This document shows positions 9,134-18,899 of a stretch of DNA of 64,000 bases, one piece after another (the stretch's first letter is position 1; each line of letters begins with the position of its first letter). The DNA comes from an uncultured cyanobacterium. Its GTDB lineage: Bacteria; Cyanobacteriota; Cyanobacteriia; Phormidesmidales; Phormidesmidaceae. The position numbers and the translations under genes are program-made. The notes beneath the pieces are model-generated. The model saw only the letters and a list, made by a program, of their open reading frames with translations, did no database searches and was not told the origin of the DNA. The stretch is from NCBI GenBank assembly GCA_963793265.1, contig CAWBZI010000002.1:64001-128000 (forward strand), in the 5' to 3' direction.

Positions 9134-9226
9134 GTTAGGTTGAGCCCCAACCATCAACAGCCGTGCCCCGCCATCCCACCCGCGCGAAACCTAACATCTA
9201 TCAACACAACCGCAGGAGCGATCGCA

Positions 9227-10051
9227 ATGATTCAAAAAACACCTCCTAAGTTAAAAGCACCTGTAGAGCCAACTAAAGGCTCTGTGCAGGTAGAAGGGGT
9301 TTCGATGATCTTTGGGAAAAAAGGCCGAACAGCTCAGGTGCTAGACTCCGTTAATTTTCAAGTGAAGCCGGGTGAGTTTGTTTGTCTTTTGGGGCCTTCA
9401 GGCTGCGGAAAATCGACGCTGCTCAATATTATCGCTGGCTTTATCAAACCCTCAGCGGGCTATGTAATGGTAGATCGAAATCAGGTAGTCAAGCCAGGTG
9501 CGGATAGAGGTTTCGTTTTTCAGCAATACTCACTGCTGCCTTGGAAAACAACGTTTCAAAATGTGGAACTAGGTCTTAGAATCAAAGGAATGCCGAAGGC
9601 TGAACGAGAGGATATAGTCGGCGAATATTTAAACCTAGTTGGGCTAGGCAAGCATCGCGATGCGTATCCAGCGCAGCTCTCTGGCGGGATGAAACAGCGG
9701 GCAAGTATTGTTCGCGCATTGGTTAATTCGCCATCGGTGTTGCTGATGGATGAACCGTTTGCCGCGCTAGACGCGCAGACCCGACAGATGATGCAAGAAC
9801 TGCTGTTAAATATCTGGGAAACGCTGAAGACGACGATTGTATTTGTTACTCACGATATTGAAGAAGCGGTGTTTTTAGGCGATCGCATCTTCGTTATGGG
9901 CGTACAGCCAGGGCGCATCAAAGCCGAGATACCCATCTCTTTGAAACGGCCTCGCCATGTTGATGATATGCTTGCGCCAGAATTTACTCAGCTAAATCGG
10001 CAGGTCTTCAGTCTGATTCGAGAAGAAACGCTCAAAAGCATGGAGATATAA
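9227..10051 (+). CDS. SsuB/TauB/NrtD-type ABC ATPase
   Basis: [24 protein letters not shown] and VTHD. The ATG at 9227 follows AGGAG; the ORF track's TTG start at 9140 is less likely. Confidence 0.93.
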   Translation: MIQKTPPKLKAPVEPTKGSVQVEGVSMIFGKKGRTAQVLDSVNFQVKPGEFVCLLGPSGCGKSTLLNIIAGFIKPSAGYVMVDRNQVVKPGADRGFVFQQYSLLPWKTTFQNVELGLRIKGMPKAEREDIVGEYLNLVGLGKHRDAYPAQLSGGMKQRASIVRALVNSPSVLLMDEPFAALDAQTRQMMQELLLNIWETLKTTIVFVTHDIEEAVFLGDRIFVMGVQPGRIKAEIPISLKRPRHVDDMLAPEFTQLNRQVFSLIREETLKSMEI

Positions 10052-10133
10052 AAGGTTCTGTTACTTGTTCGCGAGAGAAGCAACCGGCTGCGAGCTTGAG
10101 ATCACTCAATGAGAGCAGCTTTAATACATTCTT

Positions 10134-12242
10134 CTACAGCGCAGACAAAGCCCTTTCCAAAAGCTCCGGCTGTATCCAGGTATCTAAGTTCAATTCACCT
10201 AACGCCTCGTTGCCTGCAATGGCTGAAAGCTGCTCGATATGCTCTGCAACCCAGTCCGTACGGATTTGGGTATCTGGGAAAAATAAACCTGTGCTATCCG
10301 AGCGCTGATGCGCCAGAGTTTTTATAACAATCTCGGGAGCGATTCCTGCCCAAGTACTCACCAAAGAAAGCGCGCTTGGCGTTGTCTCGTACCAATACTG
10401 TGCCGCTATGAGCGCCTTTAGGTAGGCAGTTACTAGCTCAGGGTGTTCCTCAGCTAGCGCTTCTCTGACCACAACGCCGTGGAACGTCGGCAGTCTATCG
10501 GCGTCACCCTCTAGCAAGCGCCGAAACTGTCCCTTATGGCTAGCGATATCGTGCAGCGGTGCAAAATATGCATAGCCATCGGCTTGTGGGTTGCGTGGCG
10601 TTAGCCGATGAATACTCAGATTATCAATAGAGGTAAGTGTCACCTCTGGCAGTAGATCTGCCCGCGCTAGCGATCGCATAATCATGCCGTGAGCCGCAGA
10701 GGCGAAAGGCACAGCGATTATCCGGTCGCGCAGGTCATCCCAACTCACCAGTGAAGAGCGATTGGGCACAATCACCGTATTCCCGGCACCGTCGGGGTTA
10801 CTAGCAATAAAGCTAACTAGCCGAGTTTTGGTCAGGTGCGTTTTTGACTGAGACAATTCTGTAGAGAAACTTTGTGAGTCTGTTGCTGAAGGCAGACCGC
10901 TGAGTAGTAGAGGATAGTCTCCCAATATGCCAATATCTAGCTGGTCAGACTGTAGCCCAGCGACAATGGGTGCTCCCGATGTAAAGTCGCGCCACTGAAC
11001 CTGATATTCAGCGCCCTGATATCGCCCACACCGAGGTAGAAAGTGTTCGAGCAGCCCTAAATGTTGAATGATTAAGCCTGCCGTTACCGTTTGAATGGTT
11101 CTATTTTGGGTGCCGATTGCGATCCTTAGCGTTTCAGATTTACGCTCGTCAGATCCGATATGCCTATGGTATGAGGTCTTAGAATGTACGGATGTCTGCC
11201 AGCGAACAGGTAGCTTAGGCGCTATCTGGGGGATCAAACCAGATTTTTTACCCTTGGTTGGAGAAGTTAATTTTTGACGGCGGCTGTATCCTGTTCTCTC
11301 GTAGACGAGCTGAACGAACTGCTGTAATGGTTTTTGAAAGCTACGCGTTTGAGACTGATAGTCGCGTTTGCCCTGTTGCTGGGGGTGCAGCATAAACAGC
11401 TCAAAATTCAGCGGGAATTCTTGTAGCGAAATTGCGGTGAGTATTTTGGCTTTTCGCTCCATCTGAAACTGGAAGCTAGATGCAAATCCCAGATAGTGCC
11501 CCTGACTGAGGAAGGTACTCATCAAACTAGGAGATTGTACAATCTCGCGGTTGGGAAAATCGGATAGCTGCAAACCCAGTTCGCTGAGCCGACTGGCTAG
11601 CACCATCGAGTCCGGCGTGGAAGCTTCTGGCAGTGCCCAAACTTCCTCAGTCAGTTCTCGCAGGCTTAACCACTCGCGAGTAGCCAACCGATGATCGGCT
11701 GCTACTACTAAAGAGTACTGAAAGCTATCAACCGGAATAGCCTCTATTGCTTCAAAGTCTTTTGTGTTATCCGAAAAGATATTTTCTGTAGCAAGCGATT
11801 CAGAGAAAGCAGCGTCAATATCGCCTGCTGCAACTGCCTGATAGATGTCTTGCACTGTTCTAAATGACACGCATTGCAAATTAACCTCAGGATACTTCTG
11901 CCGGTAGGCAAATACAATTTTGGGCAACCATCCGCTGGCAATATTTGGCGTACAGCCAATCTTTAGCTGGTTAAACTTCCTTTGTTTTATGGCTTCAATT
12001 TCTTTAGTTAGACGGCATTCTAAATCAATCAAACTAGGCCCAGCATTTAGCAAATAGTTTCCTGCTGCCGTAAGCTCTATTTTGCGACCAAGGCGGTTAA
12101 ACAAATCGGTTGATAGGCTTACCTCTAAAGACTTTATCTTAGCGCTGACTGCGGGCTGAGTCAGGCTGAGTTCGTCAGCAGCTTCTGTAAAGCTAAGCCG
12201 ACGAGCTACTGCTAAAAAAACCCTGAGCTGGTAGATTTCCAT
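10134..12242 (-). CDS. LysR-family regulator fused to an SsuA-like substrate-binding domain
   Basis: N-terminal LysR HTH (LSFTEAADELSLTQPAVSAKIKSLE) and effector domain. The C-terminal ~330 aa align by eye to the SBP at 6468 (IAIGTQ, FTSGAP, LDIGILGDYP, PFASAAHG, PTFHGVVVR). Confidence 0.9.
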   Translation of the reverse strand: MEIYQLRVFLAVARRLSFTEAADELSLTQPAVSAKIKSLEVSLSTDLFNRLGRKIELTAAGNYLLNAGPSLIDLECRLTKEIEAIKQRKFNQLKIGCTPNIASGWLPKIVFAYRQKYPEVNLQCVSFRTVQDIYQAVAAGDIDAAFSESLATENIFSDNTKDFEAIEAIPVDSFQYSLVVAADHRLATREWLSLRELTEEVWALPEASTPDSMVLASRLSELGLQLSDFPNREIVQSPSLMSTFLSQGHYLGFASSFQFQMERKAKILTAISLQEFPLNFELFMLHPQQQGKRDYQSQTRSFQKPLQQFVQLVYERTGYSRRQKLTSPTKGKKSGLIPQIAPKLPVRWQTSVHSKTSYHRHIGSDERKSETLRIAIGTQNRTIQTVTAGLIIQHLGLLEHFLPRCGRYQGAEYQVQWRDFTSGAPIVAGLQSDQLDIGILGDYPLLLSGLPSATDSQSFSTELSQSKTHLTKTRLVSFIASNPDGAGNTVIVPNRSSLVSWDDLRDRIIAVPFASAAHGMIMRSLARADLLPEVTLTSIDNLSIHRLTPRNPQADGYAYFAPLHDIASHKGQFRRLLEGDADRLPTFHGVVVREALAEEHPELVTAYLKALIAAQYWYETTPSALSLVSTWAGIAPEIVIKTLAHQRSDSTGLFFPDTQIRTDWVAEHIEQLSAIAGNEALGELNLDTWIQPELLERALSAL

Positions 12243-12489
12243 GGCGTGATCGCGAGCATTACAGCAACGCTTTAAGGGAACCTAAACAAACTGTAAACTG
12301 GCTTGAGATTGACTCACAAATAAGCCTCTACTTTGTCGGGAAAACAAAGCTTTTACTTATCAACATGCTTTGATAAAAATGGCTTGCCAATGATAGTCAC
12401 TTCAGCAGCCTATAGCTTCCACTGCTGTAAAAACTAGACTTGCTATTATCTGTTTTTATGAGTGTATAAGATAGATTGATTGCTAAACT

Positions 12490-12503
12490 GTGCGTTTTGA
12501 TAC
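12490..12503. promoter_or_regulatory. Possible variant NtcA site (GTG-N8-TAC)
   Basis: tGTGCGTTTTGATACa in the LysR/flavoprotein divergent region; one mismatch to consensus. Confidence 0.35.
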
Positions 12504-12774
12504 ACATCGTATAGGGTTTATTGCTGAGTCTATTAACATAGTCACATAAGAAATAAATCAGATTTGTTGTTCCAAGATTCCCTTGTCATCTATATCCAAT
12601 GCGTAGCTTCGCAAGCAACCTTTGTGTTTTTCGCTTCGATCCTTTGAAGAATTTGGAACTACAGAGATCGAGATTGTGTAGATCGAAATAGTCAAGAATC
12701 TGAGTTCTACAGTCGAGCTAAGCACTTCGTTTTGTTAAGGCCCGTATAGCCACCCTTACAACTGAGGATTTTGT

Positions 12775-14478
12775 GTGAATATTCAGCATCTACAAACAGA
12801 TTTTTTGGTGATTGGCGGCGGTACCGCAGGTACGATGGCTGGCATTAAAGCCAAGCAGGCTAATCCCGAGGCAGACGTGCTGATTCTAGAGAAAGCGAAC
12901 ATTCGCCGGAGTGGCGCGATCGCAATGGGTATGGACGGGGTTAACACCGCTGTTATTCCTGGTAACTCTACTCCTGAGCAGTACGTTCGAGAAATTACCA
13001 TCGCCAATGACGGCATTCTCAATCAAAAGTCGGTTTATCAAACCGGACGCTGGGGCTTTGAGGTGATTCAAGAGCTAGAAAGCTGGGGCGTAAAGTTTCA
13101 AAAAGACCGCGAAGGTAATTACGATCTTAAGCAGGTACACCGCGTAGGTAAGTATGTGCTTCCTATGCCCGAAGGCAAGGATCTCAAAAAGATTCTTGCT
13201 CGCCAGGTAAAACGCCATAAAGTGAGCGTTACCAACCGCGTTATGGCCACTCGCGTCATGGTAAAAGAGGGTCGCGCTATTGGAGCTGTCGGCTTTGACA
13301 CGCGCAAAGGAGACTTTGTGGTGATTCAAGCTAAGGCGGTAGTGCTCTGCACCGGAGCCTGTGGAAGACTGGGCCTACCCGCTTCAGGCTATCTGTATGG
13401 CACCTATGAGAACCCTACCAACGCGGGCGATGGCTACTCTATGGCTTACCACGCAGGAGCCGAACTCACAAATATTGAATGCTTCCAAATTAACCCCTTA
13501 ATTAAAGACTACAACGGCCCAGCCTGCGCCTACGTTGCTAGCCCCTTTGGAGCCTACACCGCTAATGCCGAGGGCAACCGCTTCATTAACTGCGACTATT
13601 GGAGCGGTCAAATGATGCTGGAAACCTGGAAAGAATTAAACTCAGGCAAAGGGCCGGTACACCTCAAGATGTATCATCTAGACGACGATACCATCTCAGA
13701 GATTGAGCGGGTATTGTGGGCTAACGAACGGCCTAGCCGCGAGCGGTTCCACGAAGGCCGAAAGCAGGACTATCGAAAACATGGCGTCGAGATGAATATC
13801 TCGGAGATCGGGCTTTGCAGCGGTCATAGTGCCTCCGGGGTTTGGGTAAATGAGAGGGCAGAAACAACAATACCCGGTCTGTATGCCGCTGGCGATATGG
13901 CCAGCGTACCGCATAACTATATGATTGGAGCCTTTGTCTCTGGGCGACTTTCAGGCATCAACGCCATGGACTACATTCAGACACTAGAGCATGTAGAGCC
14001 CGATGAGGATTTCCTTGCTGCGGAGAAAGCTCGCATTTACGCACCGCTGAGTCGCCCGGACGGGGTTCCACACACTCAGGTGGAATATAAGCTGCGTCGC
14101 TATGTGAATGACTATCTTCAGCCGCCAAAGTCTCCTACCAATATGGATATTGGTCTGGCTGCTTTTGAGAACTATCATGAAAGCTTAGACATGATGGGTG
14201 CAACAGACCCGCACGAGCTGATGCGCTGCATGGAAGTTCACTTTATTCGTGACTGCGCGGAGATGGCTGCTAGGGCTTCTCTTTACCGAAAAGAGAGCAG
14301 ATGGGGCCTGTATCACTATCGACTAGACTATCCTGAAAAGAATGATGAGGAGTGGTTTTGTCATGCGAACTTGAAGAAGAGCGCAACAGGCAATATGGAA
14401 ATGTTTAAGCGGGCAGTGGAGCCTTATATTGTGGACGTAAATATGGAGCAGGAGGTTTACGATGTGGCGGTAAGGTAA
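12775..14478 (+). CDS. AprA/AsfA-like FAD flavoprotein (fumarate reductase/APS reductase superfamily)
   Basis: IGGGTAG FAD motif; RSGAIAMG (AprA-like, without the covalent-FAD His of SdhA/FrdA); GHSASGVWV; PGLYAAGD; HELMRC..RKESRWG..HYRLDYP. Confidence 0.85.
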   Translation: MNIQHLQTDFLVIGGGTAGTMAGIKAKQANPEADVLILEKANIRRSGAIAMGMDGVNTAVIPGNSTPEQYVREITIANDGILNQKSVYQTGRWGFEVIQELESWGVKFQKDREGNYDLKQVHRVGKYVLPMPEGKDLKKILARQVKRHKVSVTNRVMATRVMVKEGRAIGAVGFDTRKGDFVVIQAKAVVLCTGACGRLGLPASGYLYGTYENPTNAGDGYSMAYHAGAELTNIECFQINPLIKDYNGPACAYVASPFGAYTANAEGNRFINCDYWSGQMMLETWKELNSGKGPVHLKMYHLDDDTISEIERVLWANERPSRERFHEGRKQDYRKHGVEMNISEIGLCSGHSASGVWVNERAETTIPGLYAAGDMASVPHNYMIGAFVSGRLSGINAMDYIQTLEHVEPDEDFLAAEKARIYAPLSRPDGVPHTQVEYKLRRYVNDYLQPPKSPTNMDIGLAAFENYHESLDMMGATDPHELMRCMEVHFIRDCAEMAARASLYRKESRWGLYHYRLDYPEKNDEEWFCHANLKKSATGNMEMFKRAVEPYIVDVNMEQEVYDVAVR

Positions 14479-14575
14479 TCGCCCGCTCTACGAAGAAATG
14501 CCAGTGCTCTTCATTCTCTGACTCACGCCCCTAGCTCGCACCCAAGCCTCTTAACCTTCATTCAAAACTCTCCTT

Positions 14576-14803
14576 ATGGCCTTAGCAACTCAGCGCGTCG
14601 ATGTTCCCGTTATTGTAGACGAATCTAAATGTCTTGAAAAATGCGTTGCCTGCATTGAGGTATGCCCGCTTGACGTCTTAGTGAAGAATCCAGAAACCGG
14701 CAAAGCCTACATGAAATACGACGAATGTTGGTTCTGCCTTCCTTGCGAAAAAGAATGTCCTACCAATGCCATCACCGTTCAAATTCCGTTTCTGTTGCGC
14801 TAA
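14576..14803 (+). CDS. AprB/AsfB-like 2x[4Fe-4S] ferredoxin
   Basis: CLEKCVACIEVCP and CWFCLPCEKECP cluster motifs. Confidence 0.92.
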   Translation: MALATQRVDVPVIVDESKCLEKCVACIEVCPLDVLVKNPETGKAYMKYDECWFCLPCEKECPTNAITVQIPFLLR

Positions 14804-14818
14804 GGAAAAGCTTCGACC

Positions 14819-15808
14819 ATGACTACAGATATCACTACCAGTCTCGATCCTGAAGTCGCGCAGTGGGTAGATATGTTGAGATCACAAGACCTCAGCGATC
14901 GCCTCGTTGCTGCTAAAGCGCTTCAGCACATGGGTGACGAGGACACCATTAACGCTCTTATTGATGTTCTTGATGATGAGAGCCCTGCGGTACAAGAAAT
15001 TGCTATTACAGCTCTATGGGAGATGGCAAACCCAGTTGTGGTCAAACCTTTGCTGAAATGCCTGGGCTCGGATCGCGAAGAAGCCGTCAGAGGAGAAGCA
15101 CTCTCTGCGCTAAAAGAGATTATCTCCCCAGACGATCTGCTCACGCTACTAGACGCAATTCATATAGACGATGAACAGATGCAGCTTAATGTGCTGATTC
15201 TACTACGAAAAATTCACGACGCCCAAGCACTTGCCTATGTTCTACCGTTCTTTAAGTCGGATAGTTCCGCCCTCAGAGAAGCGTCAATAGTCACCCTACG
15301 CTATCTTAATCAGGTCGTGCGCTGCGAGCCTGCTCTAGCGCTGACCAAAGACCCAGTTGAACAGGTTCGTCGTTCGGCAATGCTGACACTTGGCCACTTA
15401 ACCGACGATGCGGTAGTGCCTCTACTTTGCGAAGCGGCAACTGCTGATTTTGACTGGCAAGTGCGCCGTAACGCGGCCCAAGCTTTGGATCTTCACCACA
15501 CAACAGCCGCCCTGCCCGCGCTTATTAAGGCTATGGGAGACGAACATTGGCAGGTTCGTAAGTTTGCGGCTCGCGCCTTGCAAGCTGTTGCGAACCAGAC
15601 TGCCATACCCTGCATGATTAAAGCCCTTTCAGATGAATATTCTGATGTTCGGAAAGAAGCTGCGATCGCACTCGGAAAAATCGGCCATTCTGACGCCCTA
15701 CCCGCCCTACAGCAAACGCTAGACGACCCTGATAGGGACGTGCAAATCTTCTCTGGGCGCGCCATCCAATCTATTCAGAAGCAGCTAGCGGAAGTGCCCA
15801 ATGCCTAA
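14819..15808 (+). CDS. HEAT-repeat (PBS lyase-like) protein
   Basis: Repeated D..xxVRxxAAxAL...AxPxLxxAL units. Confidence 0.9.
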   Translation: MTTDITTSLDPEVAQWVDMLRSQDLSDRLVAAKALQHMGDEDTINALIDVLDDESPAVQEIAITALWEMANPVVVKPLLKCLGSDREEAVRGEALSALKEIISPDDLLTLLDAIHIDDEQMQLNVLILLRKIHDAQALAYVLPFFKSDSSALREASIVTLRYLNQVVRCEPALALTKDPVEQVRRSAMLTLGHLTDDAVVPLLCEAATADFDWQVRRNAAQALDLHHTTAALPALIKAMGDEHWQVRKFAARALQAVANQTAIPCMIKALSDEYSDVRKEAAIALGKIGHSDALPALQQTLDDPDRDVQIFSGRAIQSIQKQLAEVPNA

Positions 15809-16904
15809 TCATCCCTCTCCTTTGGTTTCTAACACCTATTCAGTGCCCGACGCTGCACCTGAAAATCTTGCTATAGAAGCCAGAAAACAACAGGTGACGG
15901 CGTACCTTAGAAAAGTCATTGAACCCACGCTTAACAACAATATTGTCGAACTGGGTATGGTTCGCAATCTACGCGTGACTGATGACTACGTTTATCTGAA
16001 ATTATATATTGGGGCTCATCAACACTTTCTTCAAGATGAAGCCCAGCGGGTTTTAGACAATCTGAGCTGGTGTAAGAAAGCCTATATTCAGCTTTGCACA
16101 ATTCCGGGCGTGCGCACAACGCTGGCCATTTCTAGCGGTAAAGGCGGCGTAGGCAAATCTACAACGGCGGTGAACCTGGCCGCTGCACTGACTAAAGCCG
16201 GAGCAAAAGTGGGCGTTCTAGATGCGGATATCTATGGCCCTAATGTCCCTCAGATGCTGGGATTAGGCCATGCCGAGGTAGAAGTTGTAGAGACAGCCCA
16301 AGGAAAAAGGTTTAAGCCGTTGGAGGCTCATGGTATCAAGGTGATGTCGGTGGGTTTGCTAGCCGGGCCTGACCACCCGCTGGCTTGGCGAGGGCCTGTG
16401 TTGCATAAAATTATCACACAGTTTATTCAAGAGGTGGATTGGGGGGAGCTAGATTATCTTTTAATTGATCTGCCGCCAGGGACAGGCGATGCTCAAATCA
16501 CAATTATTCAAGAGAGTCCTATATGCGGGGTGGTGATGGTGACAACGCCGCAGCAGGTTGCGGTATCTGACGTGCGGCGCAGCATTTATATGTTCCATCA
16601 GGTAGGGGTACCCGTGTTAGGAATGGTAGAGAATATGAGCTATTTAATCTGTGAATGCTGTGGCGATCGCACGTCTATTTTTGGCGAGGGCGGCGGCGAG
16701 CAGATAGCCAAAGAGCTGTCTGTTCCACTCTTGGGAAAAGTGCCAATCGACTCCAAAATTTGTCAGGGCGGTGATGATGGAAAACCGCTTCCGCTAGTAG
16801 ACGAAGCGGCACCGCTTTCCGTTGTCTTTGGCGCGATCGCCGCAGGCATCAATCAAACCTTTACGCCTAGCCTATTAAACCTGTCGTCTACGGCATCAGG
16901 CTAG
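15801..16904 (+). CDS. apbC: Mrp/ApbC (NBP35) Fe-S cluster carrier with N-terminal DUF59-like domain
   Basis: SGKGGVGKST, DADIYGP, WRGP, DLPPGTGD and ENMSY..CECC; overlaps the HEAT gene stop. Confidence 0.92.
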   Translation: MPNHPSPLVSNTYSVPDAAPENLAIEARKQQVTAYLRKVIEPTLNNNIVELGMVRNLRVTDDYVYLKLYIGAHQHFLQDEAQRVLDNLSWCKKAYIQLCTIPGVRTTLAISSGKGGVGKSTTAVNLAAALTKAGAKVGVLDADIYGPNVPQMLGLGHAEVEVVETAQGKRFKPLEAHGIKVMSVGLLAGPDHPLAWRGPVLHKIITQFIQEVDWGELDYLLIDLPPGTGDAQITIIQESPICGVVMVTTPQQVAVSDVRRSIYMFHQVGVPVLGMVENMSYLICECCGDRTSIFGEGGGEQIAKELSVPLLGKVPIDSKICQGGDDGKPLPLVDEAAPLSVVFGAIAAGINQTFTPSLLNLSSTASG

Positions 16905-16946
16905 GCTTCGTTCGGCTAAAGCTTGAAGTGAGATCAACCATTTGTA

Positions 16947-17963
16947 GTGCTACAGAGAATGAAGTCTTCAGGAGAATCTGAATTTAATTTAGCGATTCAA
17001 AAAGCGTTGCATCGTTCGGTAACAATACACTTCACGCTCCAACAAGTGCTATTTTTGAGCATTGCAAGCTGCTCCCTAACGCCTTGGGTTTCACCGCCCA
17101 TCGCTCTAACATCAGGAATGGGAGTGGCCTTGACCATTCAGAATCCTTTCCTGCACACCAGCCGATGGCTCGCTCGCCAGCTTTTACAGCTCTGCGTTAT
17201 CCTGCTCGGCTTTGGCATGGATTTAGCGATTGTGCTGCAAGCAGGTCAAACGGGCGCTACATTTGCGGCAATCAGTATTGGCATGACGTTAGCAATAGGG
17301 TACTGGCTTGGAGCGTGGCTCAAAATCCCAGTGAAGATTTCTATCTTAATTTCGGCAGGCACAGCAATCTGTGGCGGTTCTGCGATCGCAGCAGTCGCGA
17401 CCGTCGTTGGTGCGGCAGAGCAAGAGATTTCGATCGCAATAGGCACCGTTTTCTTACTCAATGCCGCAGCGCTCTACATTTTTCCGCTGCTGGGGCACGG
17501 TTTGCATCTATCTCCAGACCAGTTTGGTATTTGGGCAGGCATTGCTATTCACGATATTTCTAGCGTTGTCGGTGCTGCGTCGTATTTTGATACAGCGTCG
17601 TTGGATATCGCAACGGCGGTTAAACTCTCTCGGACGCTCTGGATTGTTCCTATCTCGCTCATTTTTTCATTTCTGTTTCAGCGCCAGCAGACTCGACGCA
17701 CAAGAGTACGTATCCCCTGGTTTATTGGTTTATTTCTATTGGCATCGCTCGCAAGGACGTTTGTGCCGAACGTCGTAAACTGGTCGCCTGCGCTAACGCA
17801 ATTTTCAGAAGCTGGATTGAAGCTGACATTATTTTTGATTGGAACAGGACTATCGCTACAGGCACTAAAGGCAGTGGGTTGGCGGCCCATTGCTCAAGGA
17901 ATAGTGCTATGGGTTGTTATCAGTATTAGCTCTCTTGGCACGATTTTGCAGTTAGTCCGCTGA
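16947..17963 (+). CDS. YeiH/UPF0324 putative sulfate exporter
   Basis: GTAICGGSAIAA, GIAIHDISSVVGA and ATAVKLSRTLW motifs; about 10 TM; start codon uncertain. Confidence 0.88.
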   Translation: MLQRMKSSGESEFNLAIQKALHRSVTIHFTLQQVLFLSIASCSLTPWVSPPIALTSGMGVALTIQNPFLHTSRWLARQLLQLCVILLGFGMDLAIVLQAGQTGATFAAISIGMTLAIGYWLGAWLKIPVKISILISAGTAICGGSAIAAVATVVGAAEQEISIAIGTVFLLNAAALYIFPLLGHGLHLSPDQFGIWAGIAIHDISSVVGAASYFDTASLDIATAVKLSRTLWIVPISLIFSFLFQRQQTRRTRVRIPWFIGLFLLASLARTFVPNVVNWSPALTQFSEAGLKLTLFLIGTGLSLQALKAVGWRPIAQGIVLWVVISISSLGTILQLVR

Positions 17964-18123
17964 GCAGTATGGGTAACAATGCTGCTTGAGTTATTCGCGC
18001 TTGAACTGAGCTTCAAATTCTCGATAGCTCTCTACTTTGCTATCCTACTCTTGAAACGCTTCTTTCACTATTGAGCAAAGTTAAGCAAAAAAGCGCTCAC
18101 ATAAATTTTGACCCCTTCTACTT

Positions 18124-18849
18124 ATGTCCACAGAATTAATTATTGTTTTGACCGTGGGCGTCGCTTCTTTTGTTCGAGGCGTTACTGGCTTCGGAGCCGC
18201 GCTAATTGCTATGCCGATTGTCTCTGGACTTACCGGCGTTTACACGGCGGCTCCTCTTATGGCAATCATTGGCCTGACTAACGATACGTTGCTATGTCTT
18301 TACTACCGACGTTCTTTTAACTGGGGCATCGTCGCCCATCTATGGATAGGGTCAGCTTTAGGTATCCCTGTTGGTTTTTTGATATTACGGGTTTTCCCAG
18401 GCGACTCTATGCTTTCAGCACTAGGTATTGTGATAGCGGCCTATGCTATCTATGCTTTGTTTGATCCGGTAATGCCTATTTTGAAGTCACGTCAGTGGGT
18501 ATATGCCACTGGTTTTTTGTGCGGTGCTTTGGGCAGCAGCTATAACTTACCAGGGCCACCGGTTATTTTGTATGGCAACAGCCAGCGATGGAGCCAGGAC
18601 AAGTTTAAAAGCAATCTTAGTATTTTCTTTTTGGGAAATGCTGTTTTGGTCGTGTTGGGCCATGTTGCTCAAGATAGGTTTTCTAGCGCTATTTTGCACC
18701 AATATATTATTGCAGTCCCCAGCATAGCGATTGGGCTATTTTCAGGTATTGTCCTCTCAAAATTTTTTAATCCGGTGCTATTTAGGAAAGTTGTCTTAGT
18801 GCTTCTAGTTGCAATCGGCATTCAACTGTTTCTTATAGAGCCCATTTAG
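18124..18849 (+). CDS. TauE/SafE-family sulfite exporter
   Basis: VRGVTGFGAALIAMP, GSALGIPVG and G.LGS...PGPP motifs; about 8 TM. Confidence 0.88.
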   Translation: MSTELIIVLTVGVASFVRGVTGFGAALIAMPIVSGLTGVYTAAPLMAIIGLTNDTLLCLYYRRSFNWGIVAHLWIGSALGIPVGFLILRVFPGDSMLSALGIVIAAYAIYALFDPVMPILKSRQWVYATGFLCGALGSSYNLPGPPVILYGNSQRWSQDKFKSNLSIFFLGNAVLVVLGHVAQDRFSSAILHQYIIAVPSIAIGLFSGIVLSKFFNPVLFRKVVLVLLVAIGIQLFLIEPI

Positions 18850-18899
18850 TGTCTTTAAAAAAAGCGATAGACTATGAATTATCGTCTATCGCAGTGCTT

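Noticed and set aside
12775..14803. Calling the pair sdhA/frdA or bona fide aprAB
   Set aside because: No covalent-FAD His, SdhB-type subunit or membrane anchor; also no sat or qmo gene and no AprB tail.
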